From contig JAUYJS010000005.1 of assembly GCA_030698565.1 (NCBI GenBank), positions 90,497 through 154,496 of the forward strand: a stretch of 64,000 bases of DNA, read 5' to 3'. Source of the stretch: Candidatus Shapirobacteria bacterium (GTDB taxonomy: Bacteria; Patescibacteriota; Microgenomatia; UBA12405). Made by a program: the position numbers and the translations under genes. Each line of letters starts with the position of its first letter. Position 1 is the first letter of the stretch. Positions 29,137-38,891 of this stretch are shown one piece after another. Under the pieces are notes generated by a model. The model saw only the letters and a list, made by a program, of their open reading frames with translations, was not told the origin of the DNA and searched no databases.

Positions 29137-29604
29137 TTAGCAGAATATTGAAACTATTTTGTAGGTAATTTTGCCAACAGGTGCCTGAACTTCAATTTCA
29201 TCATTAACTTTCTTACCCATTAAGGCTTTACCAAGAGGAGATTGATCAGAAATTTTATTTTGAGTAGGATCGGTCTCTAATTGATTGACTATATTGAAAA
29301 CTTTCTCGGATTTACCTGATATTTTTACTTTAACTTTACAACCGACTTGAACAGTGTCTAATGTTTTATTATCGTTAGTAATTATTTGCGAAACCTCAAT
29401 AACTTCTTCAATATTGTCTATTTTTTCATTAACTAATTCCAATTCTTCTTTGAGTTGAGTAGCTAAACCGTCCTCTCCAGACTCGTCGGGTTGGGCCACA
29501 TCTTCTATTTTAGTGACTAAATGATCTTGTTTTAATTTTAGTTCATGGAGTTCATCTACTAGCTTGCGATAACCTTCTTTAGTTAGTAAAGTTTTATTAT
29601 TCAT
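29137..29604 (-). CDS. greA: Transcription elongation factor GreA
   Basis: N-terminal coiled coil (LTKEGYRKLVDELHELK) and C-terminal FKBP-like SPLGKALMGKKVNDEIEV. Confidence 0.85.
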   Translation of the reverse strand: MNNKTLLTKEGYRKLVDELHELKLKQDHLVTKIEDVAQPDESGEDGLATQLKEELELVNEKIDNIEEVIEVSQIITNDNKTLDTVQVGCKVKVKISGKSEKVFNIVNQLETDPTQNKISDQSPLGKALMGKKVNDEIEVQAPVGKITYKIVSIFC

Positions 29605-29731
29605 ATATATAAATCTAAAGAGGAGGATGCTTTTACATTTGTTAAAATAGAAATAGTAAAAGTAAGTCTCTTAAAATATCGTGTTTAATAATAAGATATA
29701 AAGGTTTTTTTGTCAATTAATTCACCAAGGT

Positions 29732-30433
29732 ATGATTGAGTTTTTTAAAATTACACCCAAAAAGAGAAAAGTAAAAATTAAATCTGGTTCAGGTATTATT
29801 TATAGTAATCCTTCTGGTTTTAAAAGATTTTTATTTTATTTTGGAAATTGTTTATTTGTTTTATCTTTTATTTACTTTGTGTATTTATACTGGCCTTTGA
29901 GTGTTTCTTTGGTCAAATATAAGTTAGCCTTAAATTCTTTTAATCCTCAAAAAGCAGAAACGGTGATTTATTCGGCACCAATTATTGATTCAAAAGTTTT
30001 TAATATTCAAATTCCAAAAATTTTGGCAACAGCCGATGTTGTGCCTAACGTATCCCCTTTTGATCAGAATGAATACATGAATGTTTTAAAAAATAATGTT
30101 GTAGCCCATGCCAAGTCAACCGCTTTTCCGGGAGATGGAAAAGGGAAATCAATCTATATTTTTGCCCACTCATCGGGTCAAGGTGTTGGAGGAGCCAGAA
30201 ATAATCCGGTGTTTTATCTTCTGGGGCAACTCAAAAATGATGACGAAGTATTTGTTAACTTCAAAGGTCAAGTGTTTACTTATCGAGTGTATGAACAGAA
30301 GATAGCCAAGCCAAGCGATATTGAATATCTGGCTTATAAAGATAATGAAAAAGAAGTTTTAATTTTACAAACATGCTGGCCGATTGGGACAGATTGGAAC
30401 AGGCTTTTAGTATTTACCCAAAGGGTTAAATAA
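29732..30433 (+). CDS. Sortase family transpeptidase
   Basis: N-terminal TM anchor, IYIFAHSSGQ (His), the active-site region VLILQTCWP (TLxTC-like) and a C-terminal Arg. Confidence 0.65.
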   Translation: MIEFFKITPKKRKVKIKSGSGIIYSNPSGFKRFLFYFGNCLFVLSFIYFVYLYWPLSVSLVKYKLALNSFNPQKAETVIYSAPIIDSKVFNIQIPKILATADVVPNVSPFDQNEYMNVLKNNVVAHAKSTAFPGDGKGKSIYIFAHSSGQGVGGARNNPVFYLLGQLKNDDEVFVNFKGQVFTYRVYEQKIAKPSDIEYLAYKDNEKEVLILQTCWPIGTDWNRLLVFTQRVK

Positions 30434-30459
30434 GCAATTGATATTGTTATAATACATTT

Positions 30460-31608
30460 ATGGAAAATTCCAAATTATCAATAGACCAAAAGATTGAATT
30501 AATTAGTAGGAATTGTCAGGAAGTTTTAACTCCTAAAGATCTGAGATATCTATTGGAAAGCAACACTCCACTTAATCACTACATTGGTTTTGAAATTTCG
30601 GGAATGGTGCATTTGGGAACTGGTTTAATTTCAATGGGAAAGATTGCTGATTTTTTGCAAGCAGGAGTTAGTTGTCAAGTTTTTTTGGCTGATTTTCATT
30701 CTTATTTGAATAATAAGTTGGGTGGAGATTGGGATAAAATTCGATGGGCAACCGAGAATTATTTTAAACAAGCTTTAATCGCTTCTTTAAAATGTTTTAA
30801 CGTCGATGAAGCGCAAGTCAAGTTTGTGATGGGAAAAGATTTATATGAAACTAACTTAGTCCATTGGGAAACATTTATGGAAGTGGGTAAAAATGTAACT
30901 TTATCTAGGAATTTAAGGTCAATTTCGATAATGGGGAAAAAGAAGGGTGCTGATATTGATATGTCTACTTTGTTTTACCCCCCACTTCAAGTAGCTGACA
31001 TTTTTACATTAAAGGTTAATCTAGTTCAAGCAGGCATGGATCAGAGAAAAGCACATGTCGTGGCTAGGCAAGTTGCTGAAAAATTAACGATCAATCCTCT
31101 CAGGGACAGTAAGGGTAATAAAATTGCACCAGTGGCTGTTCATCAAAATTTAATCGCAGGACTTTCAGGTCCAGAAGCGGTTGATTTGGGACAAAATAGT
31201 GAAGATGTTCAAATAGATTTAAAAATGAGTAAATCAAAACCAAACTCAGCAGTTTTTGTGCACGATACTCCTGACGAAATTAGAAATAAGGTGCGGAAGG
31301 CTTATGGTCCACCTAAAATTACAGAATATAATCCATTAATTAACTGGGTGCAGACATTAATTTTCTGGGGTCAAGAACAGGGCGAGTTTACAATAAATAG
31401 ACCGGATAGATTTGGGGGTAACGTTACTTATAATAGTGTCTCTGGACTAATAAAAGATTACCAAGATGAAAAACTTTATCCAACTGATTTGAAAAATGCT
31501 ATTTCTGATTGGTTGATTGAAAAGCTAGAACCAGCTAGAAAACATTTCGAAAATCCAATAGCAAAAGAAGGGTTGGAAAAAATGAAGGAGCTGATAAACA
31601 TAAAATAA
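30460..31608 (+). CDS. tyrS: Tyrosyl-tRNA synthetase, archaeal/eukaryal type
   Basis: HYIGFEISGMVHLGTG (HIGH-region analogue) and KMSKS are present. The C-terminal block INRPDRFGGNVTYNS...LYPTDLKNAISDWLIEKLEPARK is closely co-linear with archaeal TyrRS. There is no bacterial S4 domain. Confidence 0.85.
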   Translation: MENSKLSIDQKIELISRNCQEVLTPKDLRYLLESNTPLNHYIGFEISGMVHLGTGLISMGKIADFLQAGVSCQVFLADFHSYLNNKLGGDWDKIRWATENYFKQALIASLKCFNVDEAQVKFVMGKDLYETNLVHWETFMEVGKNVTLSRNLRSISIMGKKKGADIDMSTLFYPPLQVADIFTLKVNLVQAGMDQRKAHVVARQVAEKLTINPLRDSKGNKIAPVAVHQNLIAGLSGPEAVDLGQNSEDVQIDLKMSKSKPNSAVFVHDTPDEIRNKVRKAYGPPKITEYNPLINWVQTLIFWGQEQGEFTINRPDRFGGNVTYNSVSGLIKDYQDEKLYPTDLKNAISDWLIEKLEPARKHFENPIAKEGLEKMKELINIK

Positions 31609-31609
31609 T

Positions 31610-32167
31610 ATGGTTGAATCTATAAGAAATGATGCTGGAGTAATTGTTGGACAAATATATAATGGTGAATCAGAGGAATATTTAACTACAAAAGAAGCTT
31701 TGAGGGGAGGTTATGAATTAGATGATGATGATAATAAGATTAAAACAGAAGATAATTATCCTGGTGCGGAAGTTATAGTCAAAAAAAGAAAAGTCGAAAC
31801 TATTTCAGATGAAGATAATATTAGAATAGCGAATGAAATAGTCAGGGAGTTAAGGCTAGAGAAAGTAGGTATAAACCCAAAGATTGTAAGGGTTAAAACT
31901 GGAGCAAAAGTAATATTAGGCGGAAAAGAATGGTTTTTGCAAAAAAGTTTTAATGCGTTAAGACTGGACGTGAGTCTCATTGATGATCCGCATGCAAAAA
32001 AGTATCGTTACTATTCGGTTGAAAATATAAGTAGAAGTAATTTTTATAAAAATGATAGTACTTCCGAGAAAGATTTGTTGCCTGGAAAAAGATTTTCTGT
32101 AAATACTTGTTTTTTAAGAAAACCCTCTCTTGACGCTTTAAATTTACAAATAAAACTTCCTATTTAA
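31610..32167 (+). CDS. Hypothetical protein translationally coupled to tyrS
   Basis: 185 aa. It starts 2 nt after the tyrS stop. No motif is recognised. Confidence 0.4.
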   Translation: MVESIRNDAGVIVGQIYNGESEEYLTTKEALRGGYELDDDDNKIKTEDNYPGAEVIVKKRKVETISDEDNIRIANEIVRELRLEKVGINPKIVRVKTGAKVILGGKEWFLQKSFNALRLDVSLIDDPHAKKYRYYSVENISRSNFYKNDSTSEKDLLPGKRFSVNTCFLRKPSLDALNLQIKLPI

Positions 32168-33437
32168 GTGATCTTTTAATTAATTCTTGACGATAGTGAT
32201 TGGCAAAGCGATGGGCTTCGTCGCGGAGACGCTGAAGTAGACGAAGTGCTTCAGAATTTTTGGGTAAATTAACTTCTACCCAGTTTAGGGGTGTTTTGAT
32301 TACAATTGTTTCTTCTCTTTTGGCTAATCCAATTAGGGCGACGTCGGTAATATTTAAAATTGAAAAGAGTTTGTAAACAGAAGACACTTGAGGTTTACCA
32401 CCATCAACAAGAATGATATTTGGTAAAGTCCATTCTGGATGCTTAAATCTTCGCCAGACAACTTCTTTGATCATAAATTGATCATCTTGCATTACCTTAG
32501 TATATATTTTAAATTTTCGATATTCATTTTTTTCTATTCTTCCATTTTGATAAACAACCATCGATCCGACAAAATATTTACTTCCCAAGTTAGATATATC
32601 GTATGCTTCCATCCTATCGATATTGGTCAATTTGTTAAAATAAGGACCAAGAATTGTTTTAAGTTGATTTTCTGCTTTACTAATTTGATCTTCTTGTAAT
32701 TCAATTTGATCAAATAAATGATTTAAATTGTTCCAACCGGAGATTATATATTTAAGAGAAGCTAGTTGGTCGCGCTTGATAGTTGCTTGTTCATATTTTT
32801 CTGCTTTTGAACATTGATCCATTTCTTTATTAATTGATCTTATTAGGCCGCCTATTTTGCCGTTTAATATACTTTTAATTCGAGAAATATTTACTTTATA
32901 TTCATGATTATCTATATATGGTCCTGGGCATAATCCCAAATGACAATACAAACATTTTTTAGTTGGATGATGGGGCCCTGAGTAAAATGGAAAAATTCTT
33001 CTAATTGTTTTTAGCAGACTCTTTACAGCAGAGCTGTTGGGAAACGGTCCATAAAAATAAGAGTTGGGGTTGAGAGTAGATTTGAAAGCCGGTGAGACTA
33101 TAGGAAATTTATCCTTACTAATGGTTATATATATATAACTTCGGTCATCTTTTAATTGAGAATTATATTTGGGTTTATGTTTTTTAATTAAACTGGCTTC
33201 TAAAATTAAGGCTTCAATTTCAGAACCTACTAACTTCCAATCTATACTATCGATTTGAGATACTAATTGTTCTGTTTTTGGACCAAGAGCATCGTTACTT
33301 TGAAAATATTGAGCGACTCTTCTTTTTAGATTAATTGCTTTGCCAACATAAATAATCTCATTTAAAGAATTTTTATAAATATATACTCCAGGTGTCGTTG
33401 GTAGTTTCTTAACGATTTTTGGCAGTTGATTGTTCAT
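32160..33437 (-). CDS. uvrC: Excinuclease ABC subunit C (short form lacking the C-terminal HhH domain)
   Basis: GIY-YIG N-terminus (GVYIYKNSLNEIIYVGKAINLKRRVAQYF) and a Cys cluster CLYCHLGLC. It is 425 aa, against about 600 aa for canonical UvrC, and overlaps uvrA by 29 nt. Confidence 0.8.
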   Translation of the reverse strand: MNNQLPKIVKKLPTTPGVYIYKNSLNEIIYVGKAINLKRRVAQYFQSNDALGPKTEQLVSQIDSIDWKLVGSEIEALILEASLIKKHKPKYNSQLKDDRSYIYITISKDKFPIVSPAFKSTLNPNSYFYGPFPNSSAVKSLLKTIRRIFPFYSGPHHPTKKCLYCHLGLCPGPYIDNHEYKVNISRIKSILNGKIGGLIRSINKEMDQCSKAEKYEQATIKRDQLASLKYIISGWNNLNHLFDQIELQEDQISKAENQLKTILGPYFNKLTNIDRMEAYDISNLGSKYFVGSMVVYQNGRIEKNEYRKFKIYTKVMQDDQFMIKEVVWRRFKHPEWTLPNIILVDGGKPQVSSVYKLFSILNITDVALIGLAKREETIVIKTPLNWVEVNLPKNSEALRLLQRLRDEAHRFANHYRQELIKRSLK

Positions 33438-36114
33438 AAACAGCTTTTTTTAGATATTGGCCAGTATAACTTTTGGAGCAATCGATAATGTCTTGGACAG
33501 TACCAATAGCAACAACTTGGCCACCTTTTTCGCCACCTTCTGGACCCATATCGATAATCCAATCAGAATTTCTAATTACATCTAAATTATGTTCGATAAC
33601 TACAACAGTATTACCTTTTTCAACTAATTGTTTTAATACTTTAATTAATTTATCGACGTCATAAAAATGAAGACCAGTGGTGGGTTCGTCTAATATATAA
33701 AGTGTGTGATTTTTTGTGGTTTTAACTAATTCTCGACTTATTTTTAATCTTTGCGATTCACCGCCTGATAAGGTGTTTGATGATTGGCCTAATTCCAAAT
33801 AACCCAAACCGACTTCTTGAATTGTTTCTAGTTTCCTTTTTAATTTAGGAATGTTCTTGAAGAACTCGGCAGCTTCATCTATGGTTAATTTTAAAATTTC
33901 AGCAATATTTTTATCTTTATATTCGACTTCCAATGTTTCATCTTTGAATCTAGTGCCATGACACTCGTCACAGGTAACATAGATATCTGATAAAAATTGC
34001 ATTTCGATTTTAATTTGACCCTGGCCTTGGCAGACTTCGCAGCGGCCATTTTTGACATTAAAAGAAAACCTTCCTGCATCGTAACCTCGTATTTGGGCTT
34101 CGGTGGTTTTGGCAATTAGAGTTCTTATATCATCAAAAACTTTTGTATAAGTAGCTGGGTTACTTCTTGGTGTTCGTCCGATTGGTGATTGGTCGACAAG
34201 CAGTATATCGGATACAGATTGACAACCGTCGATACTATCATATTCCCCTATTGTTCCATAATAGCTACCTAATATACTTTTTCGAACACCTCCGTAAAGT
34301 GTGTCGTGAATCAAAGTAGATTTACCAGAACCAGATACGCCGGTTACAGAAATTAAATTATTTAAAGGGAATTCAACATTAATATCTTTGAGATTCCATT
34401 GACGACAACCTTTTATAACTATTTTTTTATTATCGATATTTAACTTTTTAACATGAGAGTCTAAAACTGACATTTTACCTGACATATATTTGCCGGTTAA
34501 TGATTTTGGATTCTTTATTATTTCTTCAAGAGTGCCTTCGGCAACAATTTCACCTCCGTTTTTACCAGCATATGGCCCAAAATCGACAATATGATCGGCA
34601 TTCTTTATAACATCTTCGTCGTGCTCAACTACAACCACAGTGTTGCCTAGGTGTTTTAATTTTCTGAGAGTTTGAATCAATCTGTCGTTATCGCGTGAAT
34701 GTAAGCCAATTGTTGGTTCATCTAAGATATATAAAACACCCGTAAGACCGGTTCCGATTTGACTGGCCAATCTAATTCTTTGGGATTCACCACTCGAAAG
34801 AGTACTGGCTTCCCTACCTAAACTTAGATAATCTAAACCAACAGCCAAAAGGAATTCAATTCTGGAATTAAGTTCTCTTTTTATGGGATTTAAAATTTCT
34901 TTCTCTTTGTCGCTACTTAAATTATCATTTAATGAACCGATCCAACTGTTTAATTTATCAATTGGTAATTTACAAACATAAGAAATATTTTTGCCTAAAA
35001 TAGTAATTGATAATGCGTCTGAATTTAATCTAGTTCCTTTGCAGGTAGGACAGCTTTTTTTGATCATGAATTTTTCTAATTCTTCCCGAACACCATCTGA
35101 AGGAGAGTTAACATATTTACTTTCGAGCATCCTGGCTTTCCACTCTGGAAATTTGCTTCGATCGATTTGAAATTTCGAACCTAGACCTTTACATTCTGGA
35201 CAAGCTCCTTGTGGTGAATTAAATGAAAATAATCGGGGTTCAATTTCTGGTAACGAAATATTGCAGATAGGACAGGCATAATTTTCCGAATAAAGCACGT
35301 CTTTCATAATCTCCGGATTATCGGGGAAATTAAAGGATTGATCTTCCACCTCTGAGGCAATTACTAAACCATTGGATAGTTTCATGGCTTGTTCAACATC
35401 GTCAATTAAACGAGTATAAATATCTTCTTTCTTTTTTAAAACTTCTTTGGAGACCGAAACACGATCGATGATAGCGTCAATATTGTGTTTGTTGGTTTTA
35501 AAAATGGTGTATTCGGAGTAAAGATCAATAACCCGATTGTCGACTCGGATCCATTTATAACCCTGTTTGCGTAAATTTTCAGTTAAACCTTTGAAATCAC
35601 CTTTTTTGTCCCTCACGACTGGCGACATAATAAAGAATCTATAATTAATAGACACGAGCGCACGTTCTTCGGCTTGATTAATTATTTGAGTAACTATTTG
35701 TTTACTAGTTTGAGGCGCGACTTCGCGGCCACAATTGGGACAACTAGGGTGACCGACTCTGGCAAATAACAGTCTTAAATAATCGTAAATTTCGGTTATG
35801 GTACCAATAGTTGACCTGGGATTGTGCGATATAGCTTTTTGGTTTATCGCAATAGATGGAGATAAACCTTCGATTAAATCGACGTCTGGTCGCTTCATAT
35901 TTCCTAAAAATTGACGGGCATAGGAAGAAAGACTCTCGACATATCGACGCTGACCTTCGGCAAAAAGAGTATCGAAAGCCATAGAGGATTTACCTGAACC
36001 CGATACACCAGTAAAAACTATTAGTTGGTTTTTATCGAACTCAAAGGAAACATTTTTTAAGTTGTTTTCCCTGGCTCCTCTAACTACTATTTTTCCGTTA
36101 TTAAATTGTTCCAT
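33409..36114 (-). CDS. uvrA: Excinuclease ABC subunit A
   Basis: Two ABC modules (GVSGSGKSS, and again at GVSGSGKST) with zinc-finger CxxC pairs. 901 aa. Confidence 0.95.
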   Translation of the reverse strand: MEQFNNGKIVVRGARENNLKNVSFEFDKNQLIVFTGVSGSGKSSMAFDTLFAEGQRRYVESLSSYARQFLGNMKRPDVDLIEGLSPSIAINQKAISHNPRSTIGTITEIYDYLRLLFARVGHPSCPNCGREVAPQTSKQIVTQIINQAEERALVSINYRFFIMSPVVRDKKGDFKGLTENLRKQGYKWIRVDNRVIDLYSEYTIFKTNKHNIDAIIDRVSVSKEVLKKKEDIYTRLIDDVEQAMKLSNGLVIASEVEDQSFNFPDNPEIMKDVLYSENYACPICNISLPEIEPRLFSFNSPQGACPECKGLGSKFQIDRSKFPEWKARMLESKYVNSPSDGVREELEKFMIKKSCPTCKGTRLNSDALSITILGKNISYVCKLPIDKLNSWIGSLNDNLSSDKEKEILNPIKRELNSRIEFLLAVGLDYLSLGREASTLSSGESQRIRLASQIGTGLTGVLYILDEPTIGLHSRDNDRLIQTLRKLKHLGNTVVVVEHDEDVIKNADHIVDFGPYAGKNGGEIVAEGTLEEIIKNPKSLTGKYMSGKMSVLDSHVKKLNIDNKKIVIKGCRQWNLKDINVEFPLNNLISVTGVSGSGKSTLIHDTLYGGVRKSILGSYYGTIGEYDSIDGCQSVSDILLVDQSPIGRTPRSNPATYTKVFDDIRTLIAKTTEAQIRGYDAGRFSFNVKNGRCEVCQGQGQIKIEMQFLSDIYVTCDECHGTRFKDETLEVEYKDKNIAEILKLTIDEAAEFFKNIPKLKRKLETIQEVGLGYLELGQSSNTLSGGESQRLKISRELVKTTKNHTLYILDEPTTGLHFYDVDKLIKVLKQLVEKGNTVVVIEHNLDVIRNSDWIIDMGPEGGEKGGQVVAIGTVQDIIDCSKSYTGQYLKKAVYEQSTAKNR

Positions 36115-36122
36115 TTTATTTT

Positions 36123-38117
36123 TTATTCAAATTTTTTTATTTTATTTCTAATTTTAATAGCTGCTTCGAAATTTAAATCAGAAGCGAATAAACGCATTTG
36201 TTTTTTGAGTTTAGTAATATGTTTTTTACGTTGCACTGGGGTTAATTCTAGTGGATCGGTTTCCATTATATCCTGATTTTTACTGGCATCCTCCAATATC
36301 TCTATGATTTTTGGACGAATTGATTTGGTTATAGTTTGAGGAATAATATTGTGAGTTCGATTATATTTCAACTGAATTTTCCGACGACGATTAACTTCTT
36401 GAATTGCGCCGACCATAGCCGGAGAAATACTGTCTGCATACAAAAAGACTTCACCGGATATGTGCCTTGAGGCTCGACCCATGATTTGAATTAATGAAGT
36501 TTTGGATCTTAAAAAACCTTGTTGATCGGCGTCTAAAACGGCGACCAAACTAACTTCAGGTAAGTCTAAACCTTCTCTCAAAAGATTGATACCAACTAAG
36601 ACGTCGTAATCACCAGATCGAAGACTATCCAAAATTGTTGATCTTTCTAGGGTAGCGATATCAGAATGTAGATAAGCAACTTTTAGCGGTATTTCGGTAT
36701 TATTTATATCGGAAAGATAAATAGACAGATCTTCGGCCATACGTTTTGTTATAGTAATTAACAAAGTTCTTTCTTTTTTGGCGACTCTTTTTTTAATTTC
36801 TGCAATTAGATCGGGAATTTGATTGTGACTACTTTTAACTTTAACAATGGGATCGATTAATCCAGTTGGTCTAATAATTTGTTCAATTACATTTTCCCCA
36901 GATTCTTTAATTTCGTATGGAGCTGGGGTGGCTGATACATAAATAGTTTTAGAAACACGAGAGTTAAATTCCTCGGCTTTAAGTGGTCGATTGTCTAGGG
37001 CCGATGGGAGTCTGAATCCAAAATCAATTAAAGTCTTTTTTCTAGCTTGATCACCAAAATACATGCCACCTATTTGGGGCATGGTGGCGTGTGATTCATC
37101 GATTACCGTCAAAAAATTATTACCCCAAATATGCTTAAAATAATCTACCATCGTGTAGGGTGGATCGCCTGGTTTGCGATTTTTTTCAAAATAAATAGAA
37201 TAATTTTCAATACCATTAACGTAATTTACTTCCTGCAGCATCTCCAAATCGTACTCAACTCTTTGTTGAATCCGATGAGCTTCTAAAATTTTATTTTGTG
37301 ATTTAAAAAATTCGACTTGTTTTTGACAATCAGATCTTATTTTTTTCAAAATTTCTTTATTATCAATTCCAGAGGCACCGACATATTGCTTGGCAGCATA
37401 AAGACGAAATGATTCTAAATTAAACTCATGACCGGAAAATGGATGTCGCTGAATTATTTTGGTTAATTTTTGATTATCAAATTCTAAAGCGATTATCCAA
37501 TCCTGATATGAAGGCCAAATTTCAATTACTTCACCCCTAACTCGAAAGGTTGATCGTTTAAATTCTAATTCATTACGTGTATAAAAAAGAGAAATAAAAC
37601 TTTCAAATAATTGACGACGAGGCCATTCTTGGCCAATTTTGAAGTCGATTACATGGCCACCAAATTCAATAGGATCACCAATGTTATAGATACAACTAAC
37701 CGAGGCGACCACGATATTGTCGTTGCCGGAAAATAAATTTGACGTAGCTTCTAGTCTTAGTTTGTCTATTAGATCATTTATTTCTACTTCTTTGGCAATA
37801 TAGGTATCAGTCGAAGGAATATAAGCTTCTGGCTGATAATAATCATAATAAGAAACGAAATATGAAACTTTATTATTGGGAAAAAGTTCTTTAAACTCTT
37901 GATATAGTTGACCTGCCAAAGTTTTATTATGGGAGATTACTAGGGTTGGCAACTGAGTCTTTTCGATAACATTGGCGATAGTAAAAGTTTTACCAGAACC
38001 AGTCACACCCAAAAGGGTTTGTTTGTCGACACCACGATTTAAATTAGAGACCAGTTTATCTATAGCCTGGGGCTGATCACCTGCCGGTAAAAATGATGAA
38101 TTTATCTTAAATGGCAC
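36123..38117 (-). CDS. uvrB: Excinuclease ABC subunit B
   Basis: LLGVTGSGKTFTIANVIEK helicase motif I and a C-terminal UVR domain. 664 aa. Confidence 0.95.
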   Translation of the reverse strand: MPFKINSSFLPAGDQPQAIDKLVSNLNRGVDKQTLLGVTGSGKTFTIANVIEKTQLPTLVISHNKTLAGQLYQEFKELFPNNKVSYFVSYYDYYQPEAYIPSTDTYIAKEVEINDLIDKLRLEATSNLFSGNDNIVVASVSCIYNIGDPIEFGGHVIDFKIGQEWPRRQLFESFISLFYTRNELEFKRSTFRVRGEVIEIWPSYQDWIIALEFDNQKLTKIIQRHPFSGHEFNLESFRLYAAKQYVGASGIDNKEILKKIRSDCQKQVEFFKSQNKILEAHRIQQRVEYDLEMLQEVNYVNGIENYSIYFEKNRKPGDPPYTMVDYFKHIWGNNFLTVIDESHATMPQIGGMYFGDQARKKTLIDFGFRLPSALDNRPLKAEEFNSRVSKTIYVSATPAPYEIKESGENVIEQIIRPTGLIDPIVKVKSSHNQIPDLIAEIKKRVAKKERTLLITITKRMAEDLSIYLSDINNTEIPLKVAYLHSDIATLERSTILDSLRSGDYDVLVGINLLREGLDLPEVSLVAVLDADQQGFLRSKTSLIQIMGRASRHISGEVFLYADSISPAMVGAIQEVNRRRKIQLKYNRTHNIIPQTITKSIRPKIIEILEDASKNQDIMETDPLELTPVQRKKHITKLKKQMRLFASDLNFEAAIKIRNKIKKFE

Positions 38118-38137
38118 AGCTTATATTTTATCAAAGT

Positions 38138-38800
38138 TTATCTCTTACTTGTGGCAAAAATTATATCAACAGCAGTACCTTTGACTCCAATCCCAGCATG
38201 ATCCCATCTTTGAGCTAATTGATTGTCATCGTGGGGTTTGTCGCCAGCAAAAACCCATTCAATTAAATGGACTCCAAAAACTTTATATCCAAAAGAAGAA
38301 TTTTCTCCTAGCCAGTTGTAACCAAGCTTATTATAGCCATCTTGATTTTCAATAAAATCTAGGAAGCCTTTGTGAGCATCAGTTTTGTTTACTAAAAAAA
38401 AGTAATCCGCACGGGATTGGGCATAATCAGCTAATGTGTTGTCCCAAACTAATAATTGGGAACCTTGTCTTTGTCGATATTCATTGAGTGCAACCAATAT
38501 TTCAGACGGAGTAGCCATGCGTGTATCGTTAGCAATTTTCATAGTCCAAGTATATTCACCAATTTGTTTGGCTACACCCCAAGGTTCTGTGTCTGGGGTA
38601 ACTTTTGGGATTAATTTTGGTTTATCTATGGTTTGAACGGGAGTTGGTTCTATTATTAGTGGTTTTGTGTCTTGAAAAATGGGTATAATTTCCTCGAAAA
38701 TATCGCTTTTTATTTTATTAATATCCGAATCTTTTAATAAGCCGGGGTTTAAGAAAAGAAAACCGATTAGACAAGAAAGTATAACTATAAGTCGAATCAT
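38138..38800 (-). CDS. Secreted CAP/SCP (PR-1-like) domain protein
   Basis: Signal peptide, then NEYRQRQG...LVWDNTLADYAQ...LGENSSFG...WDHAGIGV, which are CAP-domain motifs. Confidence 0.6.
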   Translation of the reverse strand: MIRLIVILSCLIGFLFLNPGLLKDSDINKIKSDIFEEIIPIFQDTKPLIIEPTPVQTIDKPKLIPKVTPDTEPWGVAKQIGEYTWTMKIANDTRMATPSEILVALNEYRQRQGSQLLVWDNTLADYAQSRADYFFLVNKTDAHKGFLDFIENQDGYNKLGYNWLGENSSFGYKVFGVHLIEWVFAGDKPHDDNQLAQRWDHAGIGVKGTAVDIIFATSKR

Positions 38801-38891
38801 TGCTCAATTTTATCACTATATTTTTGAATAATAGTTAAATTAGGACTAAATTAATACTGTATTATATATCACTATATGTTAAATTTGATAT

